Made by a program: the position numbers and the translations under genes
Shown: positions 24,301 to 35,500 of the stretch, piece by piece
Layout of the letters: each line of letters begins with the position of its first letter
Numbering within the stretch: position 1 is the stretch's first letter
Notes under the pieces: generated by a model
What the model was told of the DNA's origin: nothing
The model's input: only the letters and a program-made list of their open reading frames with translations
The model's database searches: none
Assembly: GCA_048213135.1 (NCBI GenBank)
Contig: PS015623.1
Span: forward strand, 1-43,586
Source of the DNA: Reclinomonas americana ATCC 50394
Taxonomy: Eukaryota
Reading direction: 5' to 3'
DNA length: 43,586 bases

Positions 24301-25053
24301 GACATGTTGCGATTGCGCTCGCCAATGCGACGATCGACAAACGCGTTGGCGGAGCCCCTGTGGTTGGCGAAGAGTGAGGAAGTGGGAAAGGGCGATGGGT
24401 GGGGAGGAGTGAGAAAGCGTGGGGAAGTGTGAGGAAGTGAGATAAAGAGAGTGCAAGTGAGAAAGTGTGTGGAAGAGTGTGAGAAAGTGTGTGAGAGAGT
24501 GTGGAAGTGTGTGTAAGTGTGTGAAAGTGTGTGAAAGTGTGTGGAAGTGTGTGGAACTGTGTGGAAGTGTGTGGAAGTGTGAGAAAGAGTGTGGAAGTGT
24601 GTGAGAGTGCGTGCAAGTGACTGCTTCACTGCATCGATGTCAGTATGTCTCCTCTCTCTTCCGTCTGTCTCCCTCCTATCCCACTCTCCCTCCCTCTCCC
24701 TCTCTCTCCGACGCAACATGTGCTTCAGTTCGACGGCGAGCGTCTTGCGTCGGATCTCGTTGCCGCGATCCCTCCGCTGCGCCACATTCAGCGGCTGTTG
24801 AGTCACCGGATCCACAGGCAAGCCGCGAGTCTGTCCCACCGCGGGAAAGTTGCGACGAGACACCACACGATCAAAGGCGGTGCCTGCACGGGCAAAAGAG
24901 TTGCGCGTGTTATGTGCACATGCACATCACCAAGTGGAGGACATGGCCACACAACGCACCTTGTGGCTGGGTCTTGGTGGAGGCTGTGCCACCGCCAGAG
25001 GAGCGGCGATCCACCACTTTGGCCAGCTTGGCTCGTTGTGTGCTCCTGCCCAT
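21324..25053 (-). CDS. NOP14: Nucleolar protein 14 (SSU processome); C-terminus lost in gap
   Basis: NAFVDRRIGE...EEDKMLRRLQRER, THGGKPV, KTKAEVYAEIVAKSKMYR, RVKTEDELAAEEVARLEQLE, DYRHPVGTPA and PLTLQAHKPVGIRMLNPRFEE are Nop14 motifs. Confidence 0.92.
24405..24610. repeat. Intronic 10-bp tandem minisatellite (GTGGAAGTGT-like), about 14 clear copies plus degenerate flank
   Basis: gtggaagtgt gtgtaagtgt gtgaaagtgt gtgaaagtgt gtggaagtgt gtggaactgt... inside the 360-nt NOP14 intron 24358-24717. Confidence 0.9.
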
Positions 25054-25311
25054 CTGCGAGAGTGTGTGATGTGACTGACTTCACGTGTCCTGTCGACATA
25101 GTTGTGTGGGTGTGAGTGATGGCTTGTGCGTAAGCAGCTCAGGAATCGGTAGTGTACTGCTCAACTGTGTCTTTGTCGGTGATGAAACAAAAATGAGTTC
25201 GACGTCGCACTCTCGACATCGACGTCGCGACAAGATTGCTTTAAAAGACGGACTATGCATTCATTATGTCAAAAAGTGGCGCTTTCAGAGCAAGCGCATG
25301 CGGTGCTCTTG

Positions 25312-25524
25312 TCACCGGCCACGACCGCGGCCACCGCCACCAGGGCCAATGTTCACGTTGATGTTGGTGGAGCCATTGGAGATGTTTCGGCTGACGGCGT
25401 TCACCAGAGGCCGGACGACGTTGACATTAGCCGAGCGGGCGGCGTTGCAGAGCTGTCGGCCGCACGAGTTGCCAGGCGCGGAGGTCGTGTTCGCTCGACC
25501 GCAATACGGGCAGCTGTAGTTCAT
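25312..25524 (-). CDS. Candidate 70-aa microprotein (CPYC...C...C, C-terminal GGGGRGRGR)
   Basis: Intronless ORF preceded by caacaaccaccATG. Four Cys and an RG-rich tail. No recognised homologue. Confidence 0.35.
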   Translation of the reverse strand: MNYSCPYCGRANTTSAPGNSCGRQLCNAARSANVNVVRPLVNAVSRNISNGSTNINVNIGPGGGGRGRGR

Positions 25525-26861
25525 GGTGGTTGTTGGAGTTGTTGAGGGCCTTGTTGAGATGAGATTGTCTGCTCTCCAGCAAAGGTAGAAACTTGTTGTC
25601 TGGCCGCCAGATCCGCCACGTCTTCTTTTATGGCCCACCAGTGAGCCGGCTGACAGGTTTTTTTTGCAACAAAAACCGAACCCGACAGCAGCCTCATTTA
25701 GCACTTTGTGTACATTCAGCACCGAATTCAGCAGACAGTGTGTCCACGGAGGGGTGTCACCGTGGATCAGAGGCCAGCAGGAACACCATGGCATCTTCCG
25801 AGTTTCCAGAAGTGTTCTGCAGCAGCGACATCGATGAAAAAACTCGTCAGTGAAAAAAATCCTGTCAAGCAAAAACAAAAGCAAGCGAGTCGCTCACCGC
25901 CAGCGTCAGCGTGTCCATCGGGTGGATCTTCCACGGCAATAGGTAATCCTTCAACATGGAACACATGACATTGCACCGCCGCAAGGTAACGCACACCGAG
26001 ATGGTCGGTGGGGTGTCCTGAGGGAAATAAAGAAGGATGAGCGATTTATCTTTCGGNNNNNNNNNNNNNNNNNNNNNNNNNNNNNNNNNNNNNNNNNNNN
26101 NNNNNNNNNNNNNNNNNNNNNNNNNNNNNNNNNNNNNNNNNNNNNNNNNNNNNNNNNNNNNNNNNNNNNNNNNNNNNNNNNNNNNNNNNNNNNNNNNNNN
26201 NNNNNNNNNNNNNNNNNNNNNNNNNNNNNNNNNNNNNNNNNNNNNNNNNNNNNNNNNNNNNNNNNNNNNNNNNNNNNNNNNNNNNNNNNNNNNNNNNNNN
26301 NNNNNNNNNNNNNNNNNNNNNNNNNNNNNNNNNNNNNNNNNNNNNNNNNNNNNNNNNNNNNNNNNNNNNNNNNNNNNNNNNNNNNNNNNNNNNNNNNNNN
26401 NNNNNNNNNNNNNNNNNNNNNNNNNNNNNNNNNNNNNNNNNNNNNNNNNNNNNNNNNNNNNNNNNNNNNNNNNNNNNNNNNNNNNNNNNNNNNNNNNNNN
26501 NNNNNNNNNNNNNNNNNNNNNNNNNNNNNNNNNNNNNNNNNNNNNNNNNNNNNNNNNNNNNNNNNNNNNNNNNNNNNNNNNNNNNNNNNNNNNNNNNNNN
26601 NNNNNNNNNNNNNNNNNNNNNNNNNNNNNNNNNNNNNNNNNNNNNNNNNNNNNNNNNNNNNNNNNNNNNNNNNNNNNNNNNNNNNNNNNNNNNNNNNNNN
26701 NNNNNNNNNNNNNNNNNNNNNNNNNNNNNNNNNNNNNNNNNNNNNNNNNNNNNNNNNNNNNNNNNNNNNNNNNNNNNNNNNNNNNNNNNNNNNNNNNNNN
26801 NNNNNNNNNNNNNNNNNNNNNNNNNNNNNNNNNAACCGCATACACACAGAAGCAACGCAAC

Positions 26862-29800
26862 TGGCATCAACCACAGCTGCTGCAGTCCATTCAGCTCAAA
26901 CATGGCCTCGTATGTGCGCTGTGATGCCAGCTGATCCAAGTCCACTGTGACAGAGGCCTCGCCCACCGACTTGTCCTGCGTGGGATGCGAGTGAGCTCCA
27001 GATTCCCTGCAGCGATGACACAGTGGAAAATCAAACCAACCGTTCGGCGAATGGTGACCGTGAGGCTCTCCAGCTCCTCGAACAGCATCGGCAGGAACGA
27101 CTCGTGGCATACGATAAAGTACTGATCATTGCTTTCGACAATCAGCGGGCCGGGCATGTACAGAGAGCACTGTAGCGGGTGGGAAACACACAAGTAAGCA
27201 ACAGATAGCAGCAACAGGGAGGGGGCTGTGAACAGACGCAACACTGTGTGCCATGCGCGGCCACTCGGCCAGCTTGTACGCCACCTCCCATGTGCTGTCG
27301 AGCTCAATCTTCATGCCGTGCAGCGAGTTGATCTGCGCACCAATGACACTTCAGTTCGGCATGCCCACATGACACGCGTAAGCACCGACGCTCTCACCTG
27401 CACGCCGATCGAGTACAGTTGGTAGCCCTTCAGCACGTCGGGGCGATGGCGTGCTGTGCGCGCCGTTTCGGTGCCGCGCACCAGACGTGACGGCTGCGGT
27501 TGCTCCTCCGTCTTGGCTGTGTGTGTGTGTGACAATGCACCAGTCAGACAGAGAGTACATTGACAAGGGAACAGCACGTCACGAAACGTTCTGGTCTAGG
27601 AGTGACAATGTTGAACGCCTCACGCAGGTTTTCATCCTCCTGTGGCACTGTTGTGAGCATGCACGCGAAGCCAAGGGTGCGATATGACACACTCGCTGCT
27701 CACCGTCTTTTGCGTTGACTTGGAGCTCTTCCACGCGATTTCTGCAACATCCGCTCACCGTGTCAACACCTCTGCGATCACAATGAAGATGCAACGAAAC
27801 AAACAGAGACGCAACGGCGAGTGGAAGGTCCTGGCCCAAAGCCAGTTCCGATCTCCAGGGAGCGCATCGGTGACAGGGCGCGTGTGATTGACCCTGCAGT
27901 GGGCATGTCAGCACAGAAGAGAGAGAGAGAGAGAAAGGCAAGCACAGGACAAGAGCGACGAAACGTGCAGAGGTGAAGGACGACGGGGAGCGACTGCGAG
28001 CCACGGATCCCGGCCGGGCCGCCGACGCGTTGAGGCAACTGCCAATCGGCAGCGTGGCCTTTTCTCGCAACTCTTCTTTGTCAGGCAGCAAGTCGATCCA
28101 CTGGCACAAGAAAGATGGTGAGTCGCGAGTACACTTTCTCTCGTCAGGAGACAGACGAACCTCGTCAGGAAGCGGCTCGGCATAAAAGTAGTCAATGGGT
28201 GGCAGATAGATTTGACCAAACTGCTCTAGATGCATGTCCGACGTGTCGATCACACTGCTGCAAGAGAACGCAATGGTGCCCTGCATAACGCGGTGAGTAA
28301 CGAATCGCTAGAGGGGCTGTGGAAGGGTGACGACAAGGGCACCTTGAGAGTGGCCATGTCAAACAAATCCGACGATAATATCTGCTGGTAGTCCAGCTTG
28401 TCGAGCAGTCCGCTGACAAACTGGCCAAGCGAGAGAGCCACACGGCCGACCACTTCACCATTGGCCGTCTCCAGCGTCACAGGAATATCCTGCAGCGATA
28501 GAGAGTGAGCGGTCTCTCACCACTTTTGCACAACAGAGGCGACAGAACACTACGAACCCTCTGATCACGCAAGAACTGCACAAAGTCCTGGTGACTGTTG
28601 ACGAAAAAGTGATACACGCGGAGCTTGCCCACCGGCACAATCTTGCGATCGCGCACCGGTCCGTCGGACGGTGTCAACACTGACCATAAACACAACCGTG
28701 CACGTGAGAAGGAGTCGTTTAAGCGCGAATGCCGCGCGATTGAGGAGGGAGACGCAACATGAGTCCGAAGCGCTGTGGCGAGGCGGCATCGGCAGCGTTC
28801 CGCCAATGTCTTCGACACTGTGGGGCGGGGAGGCAATTTTGAGACACACGCATGGAGAAAGGAAGTGGCGGCGCGAACTCGACGTACCACTCGCGCAAGC
28901 TGACTTTGAAGGGCGAGTTCAGTGCGTGCACATTCAACGAGAACTCGGTCTCATCAATCGCAGCCGACACGCCGCGCAGCTCAAACAGCACCACCACCAT
29001 GCGGTACAGGATGAGCTTGGAGGGGCGGCGACGATCTTCGAGAGTGAGTGCATTCTTGGTGTCCGCTGCGACGATGGTCACCAACGTGAGCGAGCGAGGT
29101 GACAGCTGTGCGCACAGAGCGAGGCAACAATGGTACGAAACCTCTTCTCGTCGACTTGGAGCCACGCTCACGCAGCACAAAAGTGTCGCTCTTGTTCTCG
29201 ATGACCGCCTGTGCCGACACGGGCACACCAATGGCACGAGCAAACTGCACCTCCAGCTCCGCCAGCCGCTCCTCAACCTTGTACACATCATAACTGCGCA
29301 CAGCTCGTCGTCGTCAGCACAGGCCTTCACACACACACACAGTAGCAGGGCGGCGAGTTACGCAACCAATTCTTGCACACGTGGCACAGCTGGTACCAGG
29401 CGGCCAAATCGCTCGTGGACTGGAACTCCGGACGATCGAACCAGTCCATGACCACACCTCGTCGCTGCAAAAGTGTGCACCGCGTAAGACAACCGACGGA
29501 CGTGGGAGAGGGGGAATCAAGGAATCACACACCGTCAGATGCGACTCAGTGTCGAAAATCATCTTCAGTGTCATCGAGTACTGCAAATCGCCAGGTGGAT
29601 AGTGTGCCAGACACGACTTGCACGGCACAAGCTTCTCAGCGTGTAGTCCCGCCGAATCATCCTGCGCATCGATGCGTGTAAGAGAGAGATGCACCAGAGC
29701 CGCAGACACTGCGCATGTGAGACGCACGGTTTCGCGAGCCTGCGAGAAGCCGCCGGTTCCGAGCAGGGCGGCAAGAGGGTCACTGGTCGACAGCATGCCA

Positions 29801-31511
29801 GTGTTGCTGCCCATGGAGCGCGCAGCCTGCATAATGACGTCTTGTGCCTTGGCCGGCGGCAACTTGGTGTTCACCTTTGGCCTCTTCAGCTTCTCCGGCA
29901 ACTTGACCGTCTCCACAGCCTTGACTTGCAGGAACCACCACGTGCCGTCCATGTCTGCAAAGCGATGGTGAGTTTCCCCTGAGGGAAGAAAGAGAAAGAA
30001 GTATTTGCACGCACCACGACAGAAATCACACGCAAGGCGCGTCACTTGCTGGCCCTTGATGCAGCGATTAATCTGCTGCGCCACCTCTGCGGTCATGGCG
30101 GAGGCCTCGTCCAACGAACCGCCAGTCACGCGGAAAATCGTGATGCTGCCGGGCACATCCACGGTGGTAGTGTAGCGCTTGCGAAGATCCTTCTCCTCGG
30201 CAAAGTCGAACTTCATCTGCGCACGATGGTGTGGTGAGCATCAATCGACACCGCCCAGAGCGTCAGTCGAAAACACACGCAACTCGATTGGTGATGCACC
30301 ACCCGAATGGTGCACGATCGGTGCTCCAGTCGATGCGTGTGATGCACGCCTTGGGGCCGCGTGGCCTCACGTACCGCTGAATCACATACTGTCCCGACGG
30401 CGCATTCTCCATTGTGTTCTTCAGCTCACGCGCACTGAGCAAGGACAACTCGTTGCCGGCACCAGCCGCAAACCCAGGCTGCAGCACAGAGAGGAGCGAG
30501 TTAGCGCAAGCCTCGAGGCTACACATGCACTGCGTGAGACACCCAACTCGTTTGATGACGGCCACGATCGACTCGTCGGTGATGTCGGGACCAATGCAGA
30601 TCTTCTTGACAATCGAGTCGGCGGTGACGTTGTCCACTCTGCGCACGCACGTGTAAGACAGAGTGTCCATGCGTGCGTGTCTCCACAGTGACTCACCGAT
30701 AGAGGAACCCATCTCGCCCCGTAAAAAACCACACGGGCGTCTCCTCCACGCCAAACACAATCGTGTCGGGAACACGCACTCGGATCAACCCGCGCGACAC
30801 GGAGTTATTGCCCTCGAGCTCTCCACGCGGTCGCGGCACCAACGCCGCCATCAACATTACACCAGTCAGCGGGCACAGTGACTCAGTCGCCATGGCCTAC
30901 ACATGAGAAGCATGTGAGAGACGGTGTGTGCGAGTAACACGAGGAAAAGAGCAAAATAACATACCACAAAGGTGGCAGCGTCGAGCAGCGCCTGCTGCTT
31001 CTTCTTCTCCACCTGCGCAGAGAACTTCTTGCGTGCATTGATGCGCTCCAGCTCACTGCAACACACACTCGCGCATGAGTCAAACACCCCTCTCACTCAC
31101 ACTCACTCGTGTTGACGCAACACAGCCTCGATCTTCTTGTAAATGTCGCCCTCCAGCTCGTCCTTGGCGTGTGCGTCGCCTGTCGCTTGCCCAATCTGCG
31201 AGTGCCAGAGTGTGAGTCAGACAGTCAGTGCGTGTGTGTCAGTCACACACGCAGGCACTGACCGGCACTGAGTGGAGGCCAATGACTCCATCGACCTTCT
31301 CATACTTGGTGGCAGCAGCTCCGCGGCCGGCGGAGAGAGAGCGCGGAGCTGGTCCGCGTCGCTCGGCACTGCTGCTGCGACCTGAAGAATACACAAGACA
31401 AGAGAAAGAGAGGAGAAGTGAGCATGCGTGTGCAGAGAGAGGGAGGAGAGAGAGGCGTGTGGTTGGTGCTGCGTGGCGCGCACCTGCACTGCCGCTGCGA
31501 GGTCCGCTCAT
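26862..31511 (-). CDS. Large multi-exon uncharacterised protein with ATP-grasp-like region and C2-like beta-rich regions; 3' end in gap
   Basis: In-frame spliced exons include VPDTIVF...WFFTGRDG, YVIQRYVRPRGPKACITRIDW, LACDFCR|DMDGTWWFLQVKA, CKSC and YLPPIDYFYAEPLPDEWIDLLP. Exon joins near 27550-27950 are uncertain. Confidence 0.6.
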
Positions 31512-32538
31512 CGTTTGGCGACTTTGTGATTTTTTGGGACAACACAACGGCTTCAATGGTCTACAGAAACGCGGATTACAGAAGCCGTTTCTTCAACGGA
31601 GAAATGCAATCAACAACTGAAGACTGTGGGTAGTGTCAGTGTGTCACGTGCGATGCTCGCCATCGTGATGCAGTGCTGGAGACGGAGATGCATCGCACAG
31701 GAAGAATGTCCGGGTGTCTAAATTTGGAATGTTTACAGAATCGCAGCTAATGTGAAGAAAGGGTGAACCGAAAGATTGTATCGGTGTTTACATGTGGTGA
31801 ATGAAGTGTTTTGTTGCGTTGTGAAGTTGTTGCTGGCCGATGCGTACAACAACTTTACTAATCCAAACAGCAACACAGCTGCATGATGATCACATCTTAA
31901 TGCACCTCTCTGCGGTGCGCGAAGCTTACTGTTACTCACGCAAAGCTACCGCAGTGTGCACGTGTCGGATTCGTGAAATTTCTTCCGTGGCGATCAGTCA
32001 CCAACAAACGGGGGCTTTTCACTTGCTTTGCTTACAATCAAAAGACCGAAGGCAGATCAGAGCACAGGCAAAAGGGAAACACACCCAAAGAGGTATGAAC
32101 TATCACCAGTAGAGTCCGCTGTAAACAAGAAGACCGAAGATGTAGGAGAAAATCACGTGAAATCTTACTTACAATGTCCGCTTTCAAAAATGCATGGACC
32201 CATTTCCGAAAACTGGGTCGCCAACTTAACATCGGCAACGTATCTGCTCACCGCCACAATCACTCCACTGTGTACCGCACAAGATGCGCTTTTAACTGTC
32301 CAGTGAAGAAGAGCACCACCGCGTATACAGTGGGTTTATTGCTCGCGCGCATGCGCGCGCGCGAACAGCGGCGCACTGGAGCGCACCGACTGTTCACTCA
32401 CGTGCGAGAGAGCACACACCATCCCACTCGCCAGGTGAGATGTGCTGACCTCTCCTCACTGCTCTATGTTCACATACTCATGTGGCACACATGTACAGAC
32501 ACATTGCAATCAAACTCGAACACGAGACATCGTGCATC

Positions 32539-35500
32539 ATGAGTGGTGCCACGCATGACAACAGTGACGACAGCAGCGACGGTGGTGGAGAAGACTCTTC
32601 GGGCGCGCCCCCTTCACTCCCCACAGCAGCTGCCCGCGGATCCGGAGGCCGAAGTATGTCACGCGTTGTGTGTTTCTCTTTTCGAATCTCCTTTCGCATC
32701 TTCTTCCTCACTTGTCCGACAGGCACAGCTGCAGGCTCCACTCTTCTTGCTCCCAGCACTCCACTGTCACACTCTGCCGTGATGCCCGAGTTCACCAGTG
32801 TGGTGAGTGGTGACTGCTGCACTGGGTGTCTCTGTGTGTCGTGGCGCCCCCCTATTCGCGCCACCAGTGCGCAAAAGTTGTCGGTTGAGAAACTTATTTT
32901 TGGGCTGCGACTGCTGCACCTCTCCTCTCCGCCCATGTTGCTGCACAGGAGGTGGAATACATCGAACCGCGCTCACCTACCGACATCAAGGCTGCCAGCG
33001 GCACCTCCACCGTCCAACGCACTGCTGTGCCAATCGATGAGCTCGGTCGTGGAGCCGGTCCGCTGCGCTCACGCTCCCGCAGCGGCAGTCTGAGTTCGGG
33101 CACCTCGACCGGCAGCGGCTCGCCCTTGCTGCAAGCTATCAATCCGTTTGGAGCCAGCTACGCCACGGCGACTGCACCCAATGTATTCGCCGAGCTGCGG
33201 CAGGCGATTTCACTGGAACTGCGTGAGTACGACCCCGGTGTCGTGGCTCGGCAGACCTCAGTGCGCTTGACACCGGAGGAGCGCCTCAGTGTGGCTCGCT
33301 GCGCTGGCATTGTTGCGTTGTCTGTTTGTACCCACAGCGCAGTGTACATGTACCTGATACTGTTTTCTTGTCGCAGCAAGAGCACTTGTTGTCGGTATTG
33401 GCCGTGGCCGAGAAATACGGCACGCGCATTTCTCGTGATCGGGCTGACATCCAGGTGCGCTGCATTCGTGCTTTTCCTTCGCAATACTCGTGTTCTGATG
33501 GCGTATGCAGGGCTTGACCTCTGCTGAGGCCACCAATCGCCTCGCCGCCAATGGTCCGAATCTGCTTACACCGCCCAAGCGAATCCACCCACTGTTGCGC
33601 CTTCTCCGTCTCTGCTGCACGCCAATCACTAGCTTCGAATTCTCTTGCTGTGGCTCACTGCTGTGCACGCAGGGTGTCGTTCCTCAAGTGCTGCACCGAT
33701 TTGTTCAACCTGCTGCTGCTCGGTGCCGCCGTCATCAGCTTCCTGTTGATCATCACAGATCCAGGCCTGTCGGACAACGTTTCGCCTCCCGCCTGTGATC
33801 TGCAAGTTCTCGTTGCACTGAACTTGCGAATTACTACTGCTGCAGTACATTCTCGGTGGCCTGCTGGTGTTTGTGGTGCTTTTCAATGCCACCATTGACT
33901 TTGTGCAACGCCGCAAATCGGAGCGCATCCTCGCTGGCTTTGCCAACATGCTGCCGCCCGAGGCGACCGTAGTTCGCAACGGCGAACAGCAGCGTGTGCC
34001 TGCGGCGGGACTCGTCACTGGTGATGTGGTCATGGTGCGCCCGGGCGATAAGGTTCCGGCCGACATGCGCGTGATTGCCACTCGCGGTCTGAAAGTTCGC
34101 CGTGTGTCTTCCTCTTCTTTTTCCGTAGGACTTCGTTGTTGCGCTAACCTACAGAGTGCGCGGATCAGGTGGATCACTCGTCGCTCACGGGCGAAGCTGA
34201 GCTGCAGACCCGCACAATTGTGACCATGACCGAGGTCAATCCACTGGAGGCGAAGAACATTCTGTTCTACGGCACCAATGTGGTGATGGGAGAGGGTGAA
34301 GGTGAGTCATCAGCCATCGTGTACCTGCTGTTCTTCTCCTTCACTATTGTATGCTAATCGTCACTTGTTGTGCAGGCATCGTGATTCGCACTGGTGACAA
34401 TACCGTACTCGGCAACATCAACAAGACAGTGTCGTCGGAGAAAGTGCGCTCGTCGCCAATGACACGGGTATGCAGCGCAGCAGAGTGCATGCACATCTCA
34501 TGCCATCATCGTACCATGTAGACTGTATCTGTATGCTGACAAGTGTTGTGCGGCCGGTGCAGGAAATCCACTCCCTGGTAATCAAGATCGGCATCATTGC
34601 TGGCATTGTCGCTGTTGTCTTTTTCATCATCGGCATCTTGCTCAGTGAGTAGTGCTTTGAATCCAACAGTTGTTGCACTGCACTGATTCAGCTGCATTGC
34701 AGAGTATTCGATTTCTGTGAACTTCCTCTTCTGTGTCGGCATCATTGTGGCATTGTTGCGTCTCTAGTCTCTAGATCTCTATTCTGCAACAGTGTGTGGC
34801 CATCCTCCTCCGTGACTCATTGTTGTGCTTTCATGCAGCCTGCCGCAGGGACTGCCCTCCACTGTAATCGTTCAGTCTTTGTGTGCCACATATCCCTTCA
34901 CCACCGCCACCACCACTGATTACCGCCATCGCAGATGTTGCTGACCATTGCCGCCGCCAACATGGCCAAGAAGAATGTGTTGGTGAAGAGCCTGCATGCT
35001 GTCGACACCCTCGGTGAGATCAATCAGAAGAGTGTTGCTAGACTTGTCACTGCTGACATGTGTGCATCCTCTCCACCACACAGGTGCCGTGACACTGCTG
35101 GCCTCCGACAAGACTGGTAAATGCGTGTGAAGAGTGGTAATGCGTCTCAGCGGCAAGCTCATCCACTGCTGGCAGGCACACTGACGCAGAATCGCATGAC
35201 CGTTGTCAATGCGTGGATCGACAATACAATATACCGCGTTGTCCCTCCTGGACTGGAGGCGCCGCCTGGCGCTGTCCACATCTTCAGTCGCGAGTCGCCG
35301 AGCTCCGTGACGTTGCTGGAGGCCGCTCTGCTTTGCAATCGGTGAGTGCTGACGACCATCGATGGCGAGTCAGAAAATTGCTGACTGTTGTTGCAATTTC
35401 ATGGCGGCAGTGCTCGTTGGGCACCAGTGGCGGACAGTGACGTGTCTGCTGTAGGTGGTATTCGCGAGCGTGCCATCCTCGGTGATGCAACAGACACCGG

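Noticed and set aside
24405-24610. Repeat as a CRISPR array or telomeric tract; HT-rich ORF 24089-24616
   Set aside because: There are no unique spacers, it is degenerate and intronic, and the ORF is just the translated repeat.
25700-26056. Possible minus-strand terminal exons or transposon fragment next to the gap
   Set aside because: Splice-like signals exist, but I found no consistent frame, recognisable domain or terminal repeats.
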